From a bacterium (lineage in GTDB: Bacteria > Patescibacteriota > Minisyncoccia > UBA6257 > GWB1-50-10): DNA of 64,000 nt. Under the pieces are notes generated by a model. It worked only from the letters and a program-made list of their open reading frames with translations, made no database searches and was not told the origin of the DNA. Numbering within the stretch: the stretch's first letter is position 1; the number at the start of each line of letters is the position of its first letter. The translations under genes were made by a program, and so were the position numbers. Positions 19,423-29,471 of the stretch are shown piece by piece. The stretch is from assembly GCA_021801565.1 (NCBI GenBank), contig JAJYXV010000015.1:91168-155167 (forward strand). Reading direction: 5' to 3'.

Positions 19423-20823
19423 ATGATAAAAAAGATTTCGAAAAACAGAAATATTTCTCGCATTATATTTTTTTTGTTTCTTTTTTCAATTCCATTTGGA
19501 ACGAAAAAATTTCTTATCTCTTTTACTGGAAACACAAGCGAGTTTGATGCGGCGTTTGTTTTCCTAAGCGATATCTTATTTTTTCTCGCATTTTTTCTTT
19601 TGAGCGAATCGTTTTTTGGAAGCGTGCAAAATGCATTAAAGAGTTTCTTTGTTTTTTTGAAAGAAGAGAAAAAAATAGCCGCCCCTCTTTTTCTTCTCTT
19701 TTTTGTTTCTTTCTTTTCCCTCTTTTTATCATCACACACATACATAAGCGCCTACTCCTTTCTTCGGCTTATATTCATAGGACTTCACTCATTATTTTTA
19801 TTTTTTGTTTTGAAAAAAAATATAATTTCAATAAATTTTTTCGCAGGCACGCTTGTTTCTGCTGCTGTTTTTCAGGCGCTCGTTGGATTTTTTCAATTTT
19901 TCTTTCAAAAAAGCGTGGGAATGTGGTTTTTGGGTGAGTCAATCATCAATGAGTTTTCTAAAAACGTTGCACGCTTTCCTGTTTTTGGCGTTCCGCTTCT
20001 CCGTGCATATGGCACGATGGCGCACGCAAACATACTTGCCGGGTTTCTCGCGTTGGGGCTTATCGCGTGTTTGTTTTTATGGATAAACAAAAAACAAGCG
20101 ACCTCCTCGTCCCTTAAAATTTTTCTAAAAGAGAGGCTACTTTTTCGTATAATCATCTCTATTTCCCTTTTTATAATTCTCGTCGGTATTGTACTTACGT
20201 TTTCGCGATCAGGATGGATTGTCTCTTTATGTGCAATAATGTTTTCATTGTTTGTTGGCACTCTTTATAAAAATACGCGACAACAAACAATTCATCTCAC
20301 CATCGTCATATGTGTATTGTTTCTTCTTCTTTTTATTTCGCTTGGATGGGCAATTTTCCCCCGCGTCACGCTTTCTCGCAGCGAGCCATCGGTGAATTAT
20401 CGAATGCTTTATAACAACATTGGGAGCGATATTGTACTGCAACAACCACTCGGTGTTGGAATTGGGAACCAAGTATTTTTTTCAAGGGAACATAATCTAT
20501 ACGAAAAATATGGCATTTATAATAGTATAGATTGGCAGCCAATTCACAACCTCTATCTTCTTATTGCTTCTGAGCTCGGAATATTAGGACTTCTTTCTTT
20601 TTTATATATTATTATTGTTGCAACCTCATTTTCTTTTAAGAAGCAGTTTTTTGTTTTTTTAAAATCTCCACCTCAATATTTTTGGTTTGGTGTTGTTCTT
20701 CTCTCATCACTTCTTATATTTGGTCTGTTTGATCATTTCCTTTGGACGCTCGAATCGGGAAGGTTGATGCTTTGGCTAGTTTTGGGAATAATGATGTGGG
20801 CAAGCAAGAAACCGTCCTCGTAG
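19423..20823 (+). CDS. O-antigen ligase-like membrane protein
   Basis: RAYGT..HAN, TFSRSGW, GVGIGN, PIHNLYL...ELG. Confidence 0.88.
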   Translation: MIKKISKNRNISRIIFFLFLFSIPFGTKKFLISFTGNTSEFDAAFVFLSDILFFLAFFLLSESFFGSVQNALKSFFVFLKEEKKIAAPLFLLFFVSFFSLFLSSHTYISAYSFLRLIFIGLHSLFLFFVLKKNIISINFFAGTLVSAAVFQALVGFFQFFFQKSVGMWFLGESIINEFSKNVARFPVFGVPLLRAYGTMAHANILAGFLALGLIACLFLWINKKQATSSSLKIFLKERLLFRIIISISLFIILVGIVLTFSRSGWIVSLCAIMFSLFVGTLYKNTRQQTIHLTIVICVLFLLLFISLGWAIFPRVTLSRSEPSVNYRMLYNNIGSDIVLQQPLGVGIGNQVFFSREHNLYEKYGIYNSIDWQPIHNLYLLIASELGILGLLSFLYIIIVATSFSFKKQFFVFLKSPPQYFWFGVVLLSSLLIFGLFDHFLWTLESGRLMLWLVLGIMMWASKKPSS

Positions 20824-20885
20824 TTCAATGGATAGAACGCTGGCCTCCGAAGCTGGAAATAGAGGTTCAACTCCTCTCGAGGGCA
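20814..20885 (+). tRNA. tRNA-Arg(CCG)
   Basis: Cloverleaf GTCCTCG/CGAGGGC, anticodon loop CTCCGAA, T-loop TTCAACT; no encoded CCA. Confidence 0.93.
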
Positions 20886-20993
20886 CAAAAAATCGCTGAT
20901 CGAATTTTATCAATACCCGTAGGAGGGCCAGCACCTCTGGTGGGAAAGCTTGGAAATTGTGGGTTTCATGTAATAACACATTGTAAGTACGCC

Positions 20994-21914
20994 ATGGAAT
21001 ATAAAAAAAAGATCAAAAAAAACATTTCGCTTAAAAAATATTCCACCCTCGGTATTGGAGGAATTGCCGAATTATTTTTTTTAGCGAAGAAGCCAGAAGA
21101 TATTATATCGGCAGTTTTATGGGCAAAAAAGAAAAAAGTTCCTGTAAAAATATTTGCTGGAGGAAGTAATGTGTTTTTTGAGAAGAAGAAAGTTGAGGGG
21201 TTGCTAATTTGTGCGCGTGGGGGAAAGATACTCAAGAAAGAACGTGGATACATTGTCGATTCGGGAGTATCACTTGATTTGGTCATAAAAAAATCACTTC
21301 GTGACGGCTATACCGGGCTTGAATCGCTTACGGCAATTCCCGGAACGATTGGGGGGGCCATATATGGAAACGCGGGAGCATACGGACACTCAATTTCCGA
21401 AGTGGTAAAAAGGGTTCAGATATTTAATGGAAAAAGGACACTCTGGGTGAGCGGTGCGGCATCTAAATTTGGATATCGGAACAGTATTTTTAAAAGGAGA
21501 AGTCTATACATATTAAGGGTGGAAATACTTCTCAAAAAAGACAAAAACGATGCAGCTGCCGATGTTTCAAAAAAAATAAGGGCAATACGGAATAAAAAAT
21601 ATCCCCCCACACTGAAGTGTCCCGGAAGCTTCTTTAAAAACATTTTTGTAAAAGACATATCACACAAGGCAAAAAAAATAATTGATAGTTCGAAAATTGT
21701 TGAAGGAAAAATTCCCGCGGGATATCTCCTTGAATCAGTTGGGGCAAAAGGAATGGTGGTGGGGGGCATGAGGGTTATGGACTATCACGGAAACCTTTTT
21801 GTGAACCAAAAAAATGCGACCACATATGATGTTAATAAAATTACTACAACGTTAAAAAAAAGAGTGAAGAGAAGGTTTGATATTGATCTTGAAGAGGAGG
21901 TGATGCGTTTTTAA
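20994..21914 (+). CDS. murB: UDP-N-acetylenolpyruvoylglucosamine reductase
   Basis: GGSN, IPGTIGG, NAGAYG, FGYRNS, GSFFKN, LEEEV. Confidence 0.95.
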   Translation: MEYKKKIKKNISLKKYSTLGIGGIAELFFLAKKPEDIISAVLWAKKKKVPVKIFAGGSNVFFEKKKVEGLLICARGGKILKKERGYIVDSGVSLDLVIKKSLRDGYTGLESLTAIPGTIGGAIYGNAGAYGHSISEVVKRVQIFNGKRTLWVSGAASKFGYRNSIFKRRSLYILRVEILLKKDKNDAAADVSKKIRAIRNKKYPPTLKCPGSFFKNIFVKDISHKAKKIIDSSKIVEGKIPAGYLLESVGAKGMVVGGMRVMDYHGNLFVNQKNATTYDVNKITTTLKKRVKRRFDIDLEEEVMRF

Positions 21915-21932
21915 TTCCTGTATAATTGATAT

Positions 21933-22556
21933 ATGTCAAAAGAAGAACAGTTAAAAAAACTAGAAAATGAATTAGCCGAAGATATTTCACTTCCCCTTCG
22001 GGAATCAAATCTTGTATTTGGTGAAGGAGACATAAACTGCGACGTATTGTTTATTGGTGAGGCTCCAGGACAAAAAGAAGATGAATTACGACGTCCGTTT
22101 GTCGGAAGGGCTGGAAAGTTGCTCGACAAACTTATTGAGGCAATTGGATGGAAACGCGAGAATGTGTACATTACAAATATTGTAAAGCGCAGGCCACCGA
22201 TGAATAGAGATCCGCTTCCAGAAGAGATTGAAGCATACAAGCCATATCTTACAAGACAAATAGATGTTATTCATCCTAAGGTTATTGCGACACTTGGACG
22301 TTTTTCGATGAATTATTTTATTCCAACCGCAAAAATAACCCGAGACCAAGGAAAAATATTTAGGATCGGGGACGGAAAGCTTCTTGTCCCGCTTTTTCAT
22401 CCCGCTGCTGGATTGCGTTCTCCGGAAATGCTTAAAAAACTAACAGAAAGCTTTTACAAACTTCCATTGATTGTAAAAAAACACAGCGAATTAATAGAGA
22501 AAGAGCGCGCTCATGAAGAGGTTATAGAATCAACACAACAAGAAAAACTTTTATGA
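21933..22556 (+). CDS. Uracil-DNA glycosylase family 4
   Basis: GEAPG, PFVGRAG, TNIVK, HPAA; lacks the usual N-terminal Fe-S cysteines. Confidence 0.92.
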   Translation: MSKEEQLKKLENELAEDISLPLRESNLVFGEGDINCDVLFIGEAPGQKEDELRRPFVGRAGKLLDKLIEAIGWKRENVYITNIVKRRPPMNRDPLPEEIEAYKPYLTRQIDVIHPKVIATLGRFSMNYFIPTAKITRDQGKIFRIGDGKLLVPLFHPAAGLRSPEMLKKLTESFYKLPLIVKKHSELIEKERAHEEVIESTQQEKLL

Positions 22557-22610
22557 TACAAAAGTGTGTTTTCTTCTTTTGTTGGGTATAATGAGGTATA
22601 TACCGAACAT

Positions 22611-22955
22611 ATGCATTTCACCGCACTATATCTTATAGAGAGATTTTTTTACAGAATATTAGAATTTTTAAGGCATTGGTATATAAAAAGTATTCGGATG
22701 TATTCAGATTTTATTGTTAGCCGCTTTGAATCAATGGATAGGGTGTTTGCTTGGAAAATTACCGCAAAAAATATTTTTAAACCACTTTATGGTGACTACT
22801 CGGTCACTGGATATGTCTTTGGGTTTCTATTTCGTGTTGTTCGCCTTTTAACGACAACGATACTATATACGTGTATATTTGTCATTGCACTACTTCTCTA
22901 TATTATATGGTTTCTTATTCCACCATTTCTCTTATACAAAACACTAAACTCATAG
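22611..22955 (+). CDS. Small membrane protein upstream of the Clp ATPase
   Basis: HWY...F.PLY.DY...G.FR pattern plus TM helices; 4 nt before the next gene. Confidence 0.7.
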   Translation: MHFTALYLIERFFYRILEFLRHWYIKSIRMYSDFIVSRFESMDRVFAWKITAKNIFKPLYGDYSVTGYVFGFLFRVVRLLTTTILYTCIFVIALLLYIIWFLIPPFLLYKTLNS

Positions 22956-22959
22956 GCGC

Positions 22960-25452
22960 ATGAATATATATTTTAAAGAAGAACGCTTGTTTTTATCGGG
23001 AATTGGCGAAACCATTGTACGCCTAGTTTCATACGCCGCGTACATATTTCTCACATCTGTGTGTGTGCTTTTGTTTTTTTCAGACGTGGAATCGCTTCGT
23101 TGGTTTTCCCTTCTTTTGGGGATTTTTCTTTTCGACAGACTTCTTCATGCGAGAAAAGGAGAAAAAACAGTTTCAGAGATAGGGGAAAAAAAAGATCAGA
23201 ATGTTGCCCTTGTATGCACAACATCCACCCAACGGGTACTCGGATATGGTTTTCGTCGTTCAATTATGACAAACGAAGATCCCTATTGTGTTATGCTCTT
23301 AGAACTTGTAAAACGGAGAGATATACAAAAAGTCCTCGCTCGGCTTGATATTCGTTATACAGAGTTTGCAGAAAAGATTTCACAATATCTTACCTCGACA
23401 ACCAAAAGAGGAAAAGAAGAGTTTTACACGATTGTTTCTTCAATTGCGATTGAGGCATACAACAATGCGCGTGTGGTTCATGAAAAATATATAGAACCGA
23501 GGAATATATTTGCCGCGATCATATCGAGTGAATATCCGCCAATACAAAAAACACTAGATCTCTTTAATATTCTTCCTGGAGATGTGGCAGAAGCAATTAT
23601 TTTTGGACGATATACCCGTTTTCTTTCTGGAATTAAAACCCTTCCCTCATTTTTGGGTGGCCTCGTATATGAGTCGAGAATAATAAGAAAAAGAGTTATG
23701 AACCGAGCGTGGACATCGCGTCCCACCCCCTTCTTGGATCAGTATGGAAGCGACCTTACCGAACGAGTGCGGAGTGAAAAAATAGGTTTTTTGATTGGTC
23801 ATAGTAAAGAGTACGAAGAGATCCTTCGTGTTATTTCCCGGCCAGGAAAACCAAATGCACTTTTGGTGGGGGATCCTGGATCGGGAAAATCAACTATTGT
23901 TGCGCATCTTGCTTTTCAGATGGTAAAAGACAACGTGCCAAAAGTTTTATTTGATAAGCGCCTTATTTCTCTCAATATTTCGAAACTTGTTTCTGGCGCA
24001 ACACAAGAACAAATGACAGATCGAATGCAAAGAATAGTTCAAGATATATTAAACGCTGGGAATATTGTGCTTTTTATTCCAAATATTCACGATCTCTTTC
24101 GAACTACAAATACGCAGGCGATAAACGTGATGGATCTCCTACTGCCAATAATTGAAAGTCAAAACATTCCTGTTATTGGCGATACGTACCCGAAAGAATT
24201 TAAATCGTATATTGCGCCTCGGACAGATTTTTTAGATCAATTCGATGTAGTGCAAATCAATGAAATTTCTGAAGAAGAGGCAATGCGTTTTCTGGTGTAT
24301 CGAAGTATCTTTCTTGAGCATGATTTTAAGGTTTTTATTACGTTTAAAGCAATTAGAAAATCAGTTGAACTTGCACATAGATATTTTAGAAACAAACTTC
24401 TTCCTGGAAGCGCATCAGATCTTTTAAAAGAGGCAATTGTACAAGCAGAACGCTTGAAAGAGAAAATACTTACCCAGGATTTTGTTATTGACGTCGCAGA
24501 GAAACAAAGCAAAATTCCAATTCAGGGAGCATCAGGGTTGGAGGCTGAACAACTTCTCAATCTGGAAGAGACGATACATGAAAAACTGGTAAACCAAAAA
24601 ACAGCCGTGCGTGATGTTGCGCAAGCGCTTCGAGAATACCGGAGTGGACTTTCTCGCCAAGGAGGACCAATTGCAACGTTTTTATTTGTCGGTCCGACTG
24701 GTGTTGGAAAAACAGAACTTGCGAAGATACTTGCAAAAATACAATTTGGATCAAAAGATTCAATGCAACGTTTTGATATGTCCGAATATCAGGACAAACA
24801 AAGCATTTTTAGGCTTATTGGGACTCCAGACGGAACAAAAAGTGGGACGCTTACTGATGGGGTTATGCAAGAGCCATACAGTCTTGTTCTCCTTGATGAG
24901 TTTGAAAAAGCACATCCTGACGTGTTAAATATTTTTCTGCAAGTCTTTGATGATGGAAGATTGAGCGATAGTCTCGGAAGAACGGTAAGTTTTGAAAATA
25001 CTATTATCATTGCGACATCAAATGCGCATTCACAATTTATAAAGGAAGAGGTAGAAGCTGGAAAAACAATTGAAGAGGTTGGAGAGCAGTTAAAGAAAAA
25101 GCTTACTGATTATTTTAAGCCTGAACTTATTAACAGGTTTTCAGATATTGTTGTGTTTAGAAATCTGAGCAGAGAAGAGATAGAACAAATCACCGGATTA
25201 TTAGTAAAAGAAGTTTCTGAGCTTTTGCGCGAAGTGCACGGAATTACGCTTCAGGTTGAGAGGGGCGCAATACAGAAAATTGCCGAACTTGGGTATAGCC
25301 CCGTATTTGGTGCGCGTCCGCTCCGCCAGGTGATTTCAGAAAAAATTCGCGGAGTACTTGCCGAAAAAATACTTAAAAAAGAAATTGCGCGAGGAAATAC
25401 GGTCTCTTTGGATTATAAAGAAACTAATTTTGTGTTTCAGGTTACGGAATAG
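22960..25452 (+). CDS. ClpA/B/C-type AAA+ ATPase with N-terminal TM helices
   Basis: Two Walker A motifs (GDPGSGKS, GPTGVGKT), DMSEY, LDEFEKAH, GARPL. Confidence 0.92.
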   Translation: MNIYFKEERLFLSGIGETIVRLVSYAAYIFLTSVCVLLFFSDVESLRWFSLLLGIFLFDRLLHARKGEKTVSEIGEKKDQNVALVCTTSTQRVLGYGFRRSIMTNEDPYCVMLLELVKRRDIQKVLARLDIRYTEFAEKISQYLTSTTKRGKEEFYTIVSSIAIEAYNNARVVHEKYIEPRNIFAAIISSEYPPIQKTLDLFNILPGDVAEAIIFGRYTRFLSGIKTLPSFLGGLVYESRIIRKRVMNRAWTSRPTPFLDQYGSDLTERVRSEKIGFLIGHSKEYEEILRVISRPGKPNALLVGDPGSGKSTIVAHLAFQMVKDNVPKVLFDKRLISLNISKLVSGATQEQMTDRMQRIVQDILNAGNIVLFIPNIHDLFRTTNTQAINVMDLLLPIIESQNIPVIGDTYPKEFKSYIAPRTDFLDQFDVVQINEISEEEAMRFLVYRSIFLEHDFKVFITFKAIRKSVELAHRYFRNKLLPGSASDLLKEAIVQAERLKEKILTQDFVIDVAEKQSKIPIQGASGLEAEQLLNLEETIHEKLVNQKTAVRDVAQALREYRSGLSRQGGPIATFLFVGPTGVGKTELAKILAKIQFGSKDSMQRFDMSEYQDKQSIFRLIGTPDGTKSGTLTDGVMQEPYSLVLLDEFEKAHPDVLNIFLQVFDDGRLSDSLGRTVSFENTIIIATSNAHSQFIKEEVEAGKTIEEVGEQLKKKLTDYFKPELINRFSDIVVFRNLSREEIEQITGLLVKEVSELLREVHGITLQVERGAIQKIAELGYSPVFGARPLRQVISEKIRGVLAEKILKKEIARGNTVSLDYKETNFVFQVTE

Positions 25453-26138
25453 TGAATATAAAGAAATTTATGCATACATATTTTCATATTGATTTTGGAG
25501 GTTTTAAGTTAAATAAGGTAATAAAATACTTTGTTTTTTCTGATCTTATATTTTTAGGTGGGTGGGGGCTTATTGGTCCGATTTTTTCAATTTTTATACT
25601 TGAAAAAATCTCGGGAGCAACACTTGTTACGGTTGGTATAGTTTCGGCGATTTATTGGGTTGTAAAGTCGTTGGTGCAGATTCCTGTCGCTGTTTTTATA
25701 GATAAACGCGAAGGGGAAAAAGATGATTTTTATGTGCTTGTATTTAGTTTGTTGCTCGCGGGCTTTTCAGCAATGATGTTTTTGACAGTACATACCATCA
25801 CCGGATTATATTTAGTCCAATTTATTTATGCTGTCGCTATGGGATTTTATATTCCCTCATGGTCAGCAATTTTTTCTCGACACGCTGATAAAACCCACGC
25901 AGCATTCAATTGGTCACTGGATAGTACTATTGTTGGGTTTGCATATGGAACAACCGCTCTCATTGGTGGAGTTATTGGAAAAATATTCGGATTTCAGACA
26001 ATTTTTATTCTTGTGGGAATCCTATCATTTATCGGTGCATTTATGCTTCTTTCTGTTCCCCACCTTATTCTTCCAAAAATAATTTCAGAAAAAACAGAAA
26101 CATTTCGCGATCACACGCCAGCTAATTTAGGAAGATAA
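25452..26138 (+). CDS. Half-size (6-TM) MFS-like transporter
   Basis: Six hydrophobic segments with an MFS-like loop after TM2. Confidence 0.7.
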   Translation: MNIKKFMHTYFHIDFGGFKLNKVIKYFVFSDLIFLGGWGLIGPIFSIFILEKISGATLVTVGIVSAIYWVVKSLVQIPVAVFIDKREGEKDDFYVLVFSLLLAGFSAMMFLTVHTITGLYLVQFIYAVAMGFYIPSWSAIFSRHADKTHAAFNWSLDSTIVGFAYGTTALIGGVIGKIFGFQTIFILVGILSFIGAFMLLSVPHLILPKIISEKTETFRDHTPANLGR

Positions 26139-26146
26139 TTATTTAT

Positions 26147-26650
26147 ATGACGAAAGAAATAAGTGCGGGGATGATTATTTATCGGATGACCAACGAAGGC
26201 CCAAAATTTTTGCTTTTGTATCATAGGGGAAGATATTGGAATTTTCCAAAAGGAAAATTAAATGAGGGAGAAAAAAACTTTCCCGCTGCGTTACGCGAAG
26301 TATATGAAGAAACCGGCATAGGGAAAAAAGACCTCCTTTTTATTGATTGGTTTAGAGTTCAGGATAAATTTACATTTATTAAAAATAAAGAGAAGGTATT
26401 TAAAACAGTAAGTTATTATCTTGCCGAGACGGATAAAATTACTATTCGTCTTCCTCCAGATCCGGAACAACAGGGATATGGATGGTTTCTCTATCGAGAT
26501 GCACTTCGTATGCTTATTCATCCGAATTTAAAAAAGAATTTAAAAAACGCACACGATCTCATTGTTCGAAAAAAGGGTTTATTGCGTCGTCAAACAGATT
26601 CTCCAAAAAAGGGCGTCAATATACGGGAACGTAGTGAGGGGGTTTTGTGA
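26147..26650 (+). CDS. NUDIX hydrolase (Ap4A hydrolase-like)
   Basis: SAG...FPKG...ALREVYEETG. Confidence 0.9.
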   Translation: MTKEISAGMIIYRMTNEGPKFLLLYHRGRYWNFPKGKLNEGEKNFPAALREVYEETGIGKKDLLFIDWFRVQDKFTFIKNKEKVFKTVSYYLAETDKITIRLPPDPEQQGYGWFLYRDALRMLIHPNLKKNLKNAHDLIVRKKGLLRRQTDSPKKGVNIRERSEGVL

Positions 26651-26750
26651 TCCATGGGGTGTTTTGAAAAGAGGAAAAATATTAAAAATAAGGATATAAA
26701 AATAAAAATCGATTTTAATAGATTTCTCTTTCTCCCATAGATATATAAAT

Positions 26751-26785
26751 AAAAAGTGGCCACCTTTCTAGAGTGGCCACTTTTT
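26751..26785. terminator. Bidirectional intrinsic terminator after rplT
   Basis: AAAAAGTGGCCAC...GTGGCCACTTTTT. Confidence 0.75.
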
Positions 26786-27131
26786 ATTTGAGTGATTCTT
26801 CTGCAATTTTTTTGAATATTTCTGGGTGTTCTTGTGCGATTTGTGCAAGCACTTTTCGGTCTATTAAAATATTCTTTTTTCTTAATCCGCTCATTAGTGC
26901 GCTATATTTTGTTCCATTTAAGCGAGCACCGGCATTTATCTGCGTTTGCCACAATGATCGGTATTCCCTCTTCTTTTCTTTCCTTCCTTTAAACGATCGA
27001 GCGAGTCCGTGAAGTAGTGCTTCTTTTGCTGCGCGTTCTTTGCTTTTTCTTCCCCATCGATATCCTTTTGTTTTTTTGAGTAATCGCTCACGCTTTTTAT
27101 GAGCGATTGTCCCTCGTTTTACACGTGTCAT
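26784..27131 (-). CDS. rplT: 50S ribosomal protein L20
   Basis: MTRVKRG...RSLWQTQINA...DRKVLA. Confidence 0.97.
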   Translation of the reverse strand: MTRVKRGTIAHKKRERLLKKTKGYRWGRKSKERAAKEALLHGLARSFKGRKEKKREYRSLWQTQINAGARLNGTKYSALMSGLRKKNILIDRKVLAQIAQEHPEIFKKIAEESLK

Positions 27132-27298
27132 ACGTACATGATAATTTTATTTACTGCCATGGAAAGATCACGATTTTTCTTTTTTCTGCGATATTGCATA
27201 CTGCTTTTGTTGCTCCGCGAGTGCCCGAGCGTGGTCGCTCTGCGCCTCATCTTGCCGGTTCGTGTAATTTTTATCCGTTGTGTAATACTCTTTTTCAT
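27128..27298 (-). CDS. rpmI: 50S ribosomal protein L35 (56 aa, not in the ORF track)
   Basis: MKKSITQRIKITRTGKMRRRATTLGHSRSNKS...; lies between infC and rplT, with ATGA overlap. Confidence 0.88.
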   Translation of the reverse strand: MKKSITQRIKITRTGKMRRRATTLGHSRSNKSSMQYRRKKKNRDLSMAVNKIIMYV

Positions 27299-27403
27299 AC
27301 GTGCTTATGTGAGAAAAATTTTACGCTTTTTTGAAAATATTGCAACCCCGCACCCATTATTAACCTTAAAACCGCGAGAGCGGTTTTAATGGAATTTCAA
27401 GAA

Positions 27404-27904
27404 CTATTTTTTTGCTATTTGTACATTAAACCCCCTTCCTCCTTGTTTTGGATCTGTGGTGTTCTGATGGGGTTCTTTAATGAGCGTAAGAAATTCACGA
27501 AGTTTCTTAAGCGCCCACTCTTTATTTGCTTTTTCCCTTCCTTTTAAAAAAAGGTTAATTTCTACTTTGTGCCCCCCTCTTAAAAACTCGTCTGCTCTTG
27601 CTGCTTTTATTTGAAGATCATTTAGTGCTGCGCGGGGAGTAATGCGAATTTGTTTTAAGTCTGCGTTTTTCTGTGCCTGCTTTTGTTTTTTTAATTCTTT
27701 CTCTTTTTGATATCTAAATTTATCAAAGTCCATAATGCGCGCGACGGGCGGAATTGCGGTTGGTGCGATTTCAATGAGATCAAGGTTTTTCCCATATGCA
27801 AGAGCGAGAGCGTCGTCCCGTTTCATAACGTCAAGATTCTTTCCGTTTTCATCAATAACACGGAGCTCTGGGGCAGTTATTTGGTTGTTTATTCTATTTT
27901 CGAT
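27404..27904 (-). CDS. infC: Translation initiation factor IF-3 (probable AUC start)
   Basis: RINNQITAPELRVIDENG lies upstream of the first ATG; PPVARIMDF, KGRE; no canonical start between the in-frame TGA and 27826. Confidence 0.93.
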   Translation of the reverse strand: MENRINNQITAPELRVIDENGKNLDVMKRDDALALAYGKNLDLIEIAPTAIPPVARIMDFDKFRYQKEKELKKQKQAQKNADLKQIRITPRAALNDLQIKAARADEFLRGGHKVEINLFLKGREKANKEWALKKLREFLTLIKEPHQNTTDPKQGGRGFNVQIAKK

Positions 27905-28106
27905 GGTGTAATTATATCACAGATTTTTATCCATGGAAGCACAAAATCAGTTTTGATGTTTATGGTTTTTGCATACATGAATTTTACAAGAAAAATATGT
28001 AGGCAGATAAAAGTGTATTGGTTTATTCTTTTTAACTCGTGTATTGAAGAAAAACGAAGGTTATATGCTATTTCAAGAAAACCACGGGCGTAAGCCCGTG
28101 GATTTT

Positions 28107-28544
28107 TTATTCATAAGAATGACTATCTTCCTCTTCTAATTGTTCTTCGTAGGCGTCCTGTTCTTTTACTATTCCGTAAAATATAAGAATGATGCCAAGG
28201 ATAAGATAGAAAAGAAAAAGAAGAATTGCGAGAATTCCATTATCGGGTTTTGCGGCAACCCCAACAATAGCAAGAATTATATATACAACGGAAGTTATTA
28301 CAAATATCATTCCCATAAAAAACAAATATTCACCAAGGAACTCTAATCCGGGAATATCCTCAATAGAACTTTCGAGAATTTTCAAGCCGATGCCGAGAAG
28401 CATAACAGCAATAACACCCTCGATGAATGTAATCCATGGGGAATTAAACCCTATTACTTTTGTATGGTTTAGCCATGCAAAAATGATCAGATATGACGAG
28501 AAAATGTATCCAAATAGTCGAATAATAGTCCGTTTCATAAACAC
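28107..28544 (-). CDS. Hypothetical 4-TM protein with acidic tail
   Basis: Own TTGACG-17-TATAAA promoter, SD GAGGTG and terminator at about 28079-28106. Confidence 0.7.
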   Translation of the reverse strand: MFMKRTIIRLFGYIFSSYLIIFAWLNHTKVIGFNSPWITFIEGVIAVMLLGIGLKILESSIEDIPGLEFLGEYLFFMGMIFVITSVVYIILAIVGVAAKPDNGILAILLFLFYLILGIILIFYGIVKEQDAYEEQLEEEDSHSYE

Positions 28545-28679
28545 CTCTTTTATTGTAATGAACTGCTTCTTTTTTTATACACCCATGAAAAAATTGCGTC
28601 AATTTTGACAGAGAGGATATACGGGAATATTATAATCTCAGTTTATTTGCTTACTAATAAAAAAGAATAAGAGGAAAAA

Positions 28680-28976
28680 ATGGACTCGGAGAATTCTACT
28701 GGTATAACGCTTTGTATGGATTGTGGGGTGGTTCCATCCGGGGTGCGTCATGACAAAAATCTTGTTCCGCCTTGCACGGTGGTATATGTTTGTAATAATT
28801 GTCTTGAAGAAAGAAGAAATTATTTCATTCAAAATAAAAAACCAAAAATTACAGGTCGGGAAATTGAACTCTGTGTTAGTTGTGGAAATGAAACGGAATA
28901 TACCTATGATACTGACATTAGCCTTCGGGAAAATTATATTGATGGGGTTGGTCAACATTGTGGAAAATGTGGTTAA
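28680..28976 (+). CDS. Small protein with four CxxC motifs (double zinc ribbon-like)
   Basis: CMDC, CNNC, CVSC, CGKC; promoter TTGACA-17-TATTAT; SD GAGGA; downstream hairpin. Confidence 0.7.
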   Translation: MDSENSTGITLCMDCGVVPSGVRHDKNLVPPCTVVYVCNNCLEERRNYFIQNKKPKITGREIELCVSCGNETEYTYDTDISLRENYIDGVGQHCGKCG

Positions 28977-29094
28977 AAATAAAATCCGCCAAAGCAGCGG
29001 ATTTTTTGTAAGCCCTATTAGAAATTAGTCAAAACTAACCACGGCTCGTATAAGCAGAGACAACTCTAGGTTACAAGAAAAAACTTTAATACAG

Positions 29095-29411
29095 TGGAGG
29101 TGGAGAGATTGAACCCTCTTCCAAAAATTTATTCACACATATTCTACAAGCTTAGTTTTGAACGAAAGTTCAGAACAATGATGCCTTGCGTTATTTAACT
29201 CCGAGCGGAGCAAAGCAAATCCGTATTCAGAGCGGTTCTCATAATAACACCGGTGATCCTCTATGAGACATGAAGGGCCGATGCCGCGCTACGCGTAAGC
29301 GAGTGCGGGGACTGCGTTAAAATTGGCAGTTATAATTTGTTGAACAGTTGTCGAGATATTCAGCTCGGCCTGCTATGTATAAATATAATCTCTGTCGATA
29401 CGTGCACCCCC
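29095..29411 (-). ncRNA. ssrA: tmRNA, tag (A)ANFNAVPALAYA*
   Basis: 5' GGGGGTG...TCGAC pairs with 3' CACCTCCA including G3-U70; ATAACT-GCC resume context; adjacent to smpB. Confidence 0.95.
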
Positions 29412-29471
29412 ATAATTAACACACAATGCATAACTATTAATTTTTAAAATAACTTTCGGTTTTTGTTGGCC

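Noticed and set aside
20905-20970. SAM-I-like TTATCAA...GGAGGG upstream of murB
   Set aside because: Lacks the GCAACC and GTGC core and a closing P1 helix.
20742-20993. N-terminal extension of the murB ORF
   Set aside because: It runs through tRNA-Arg; MurB homology starts at ATG 20994.
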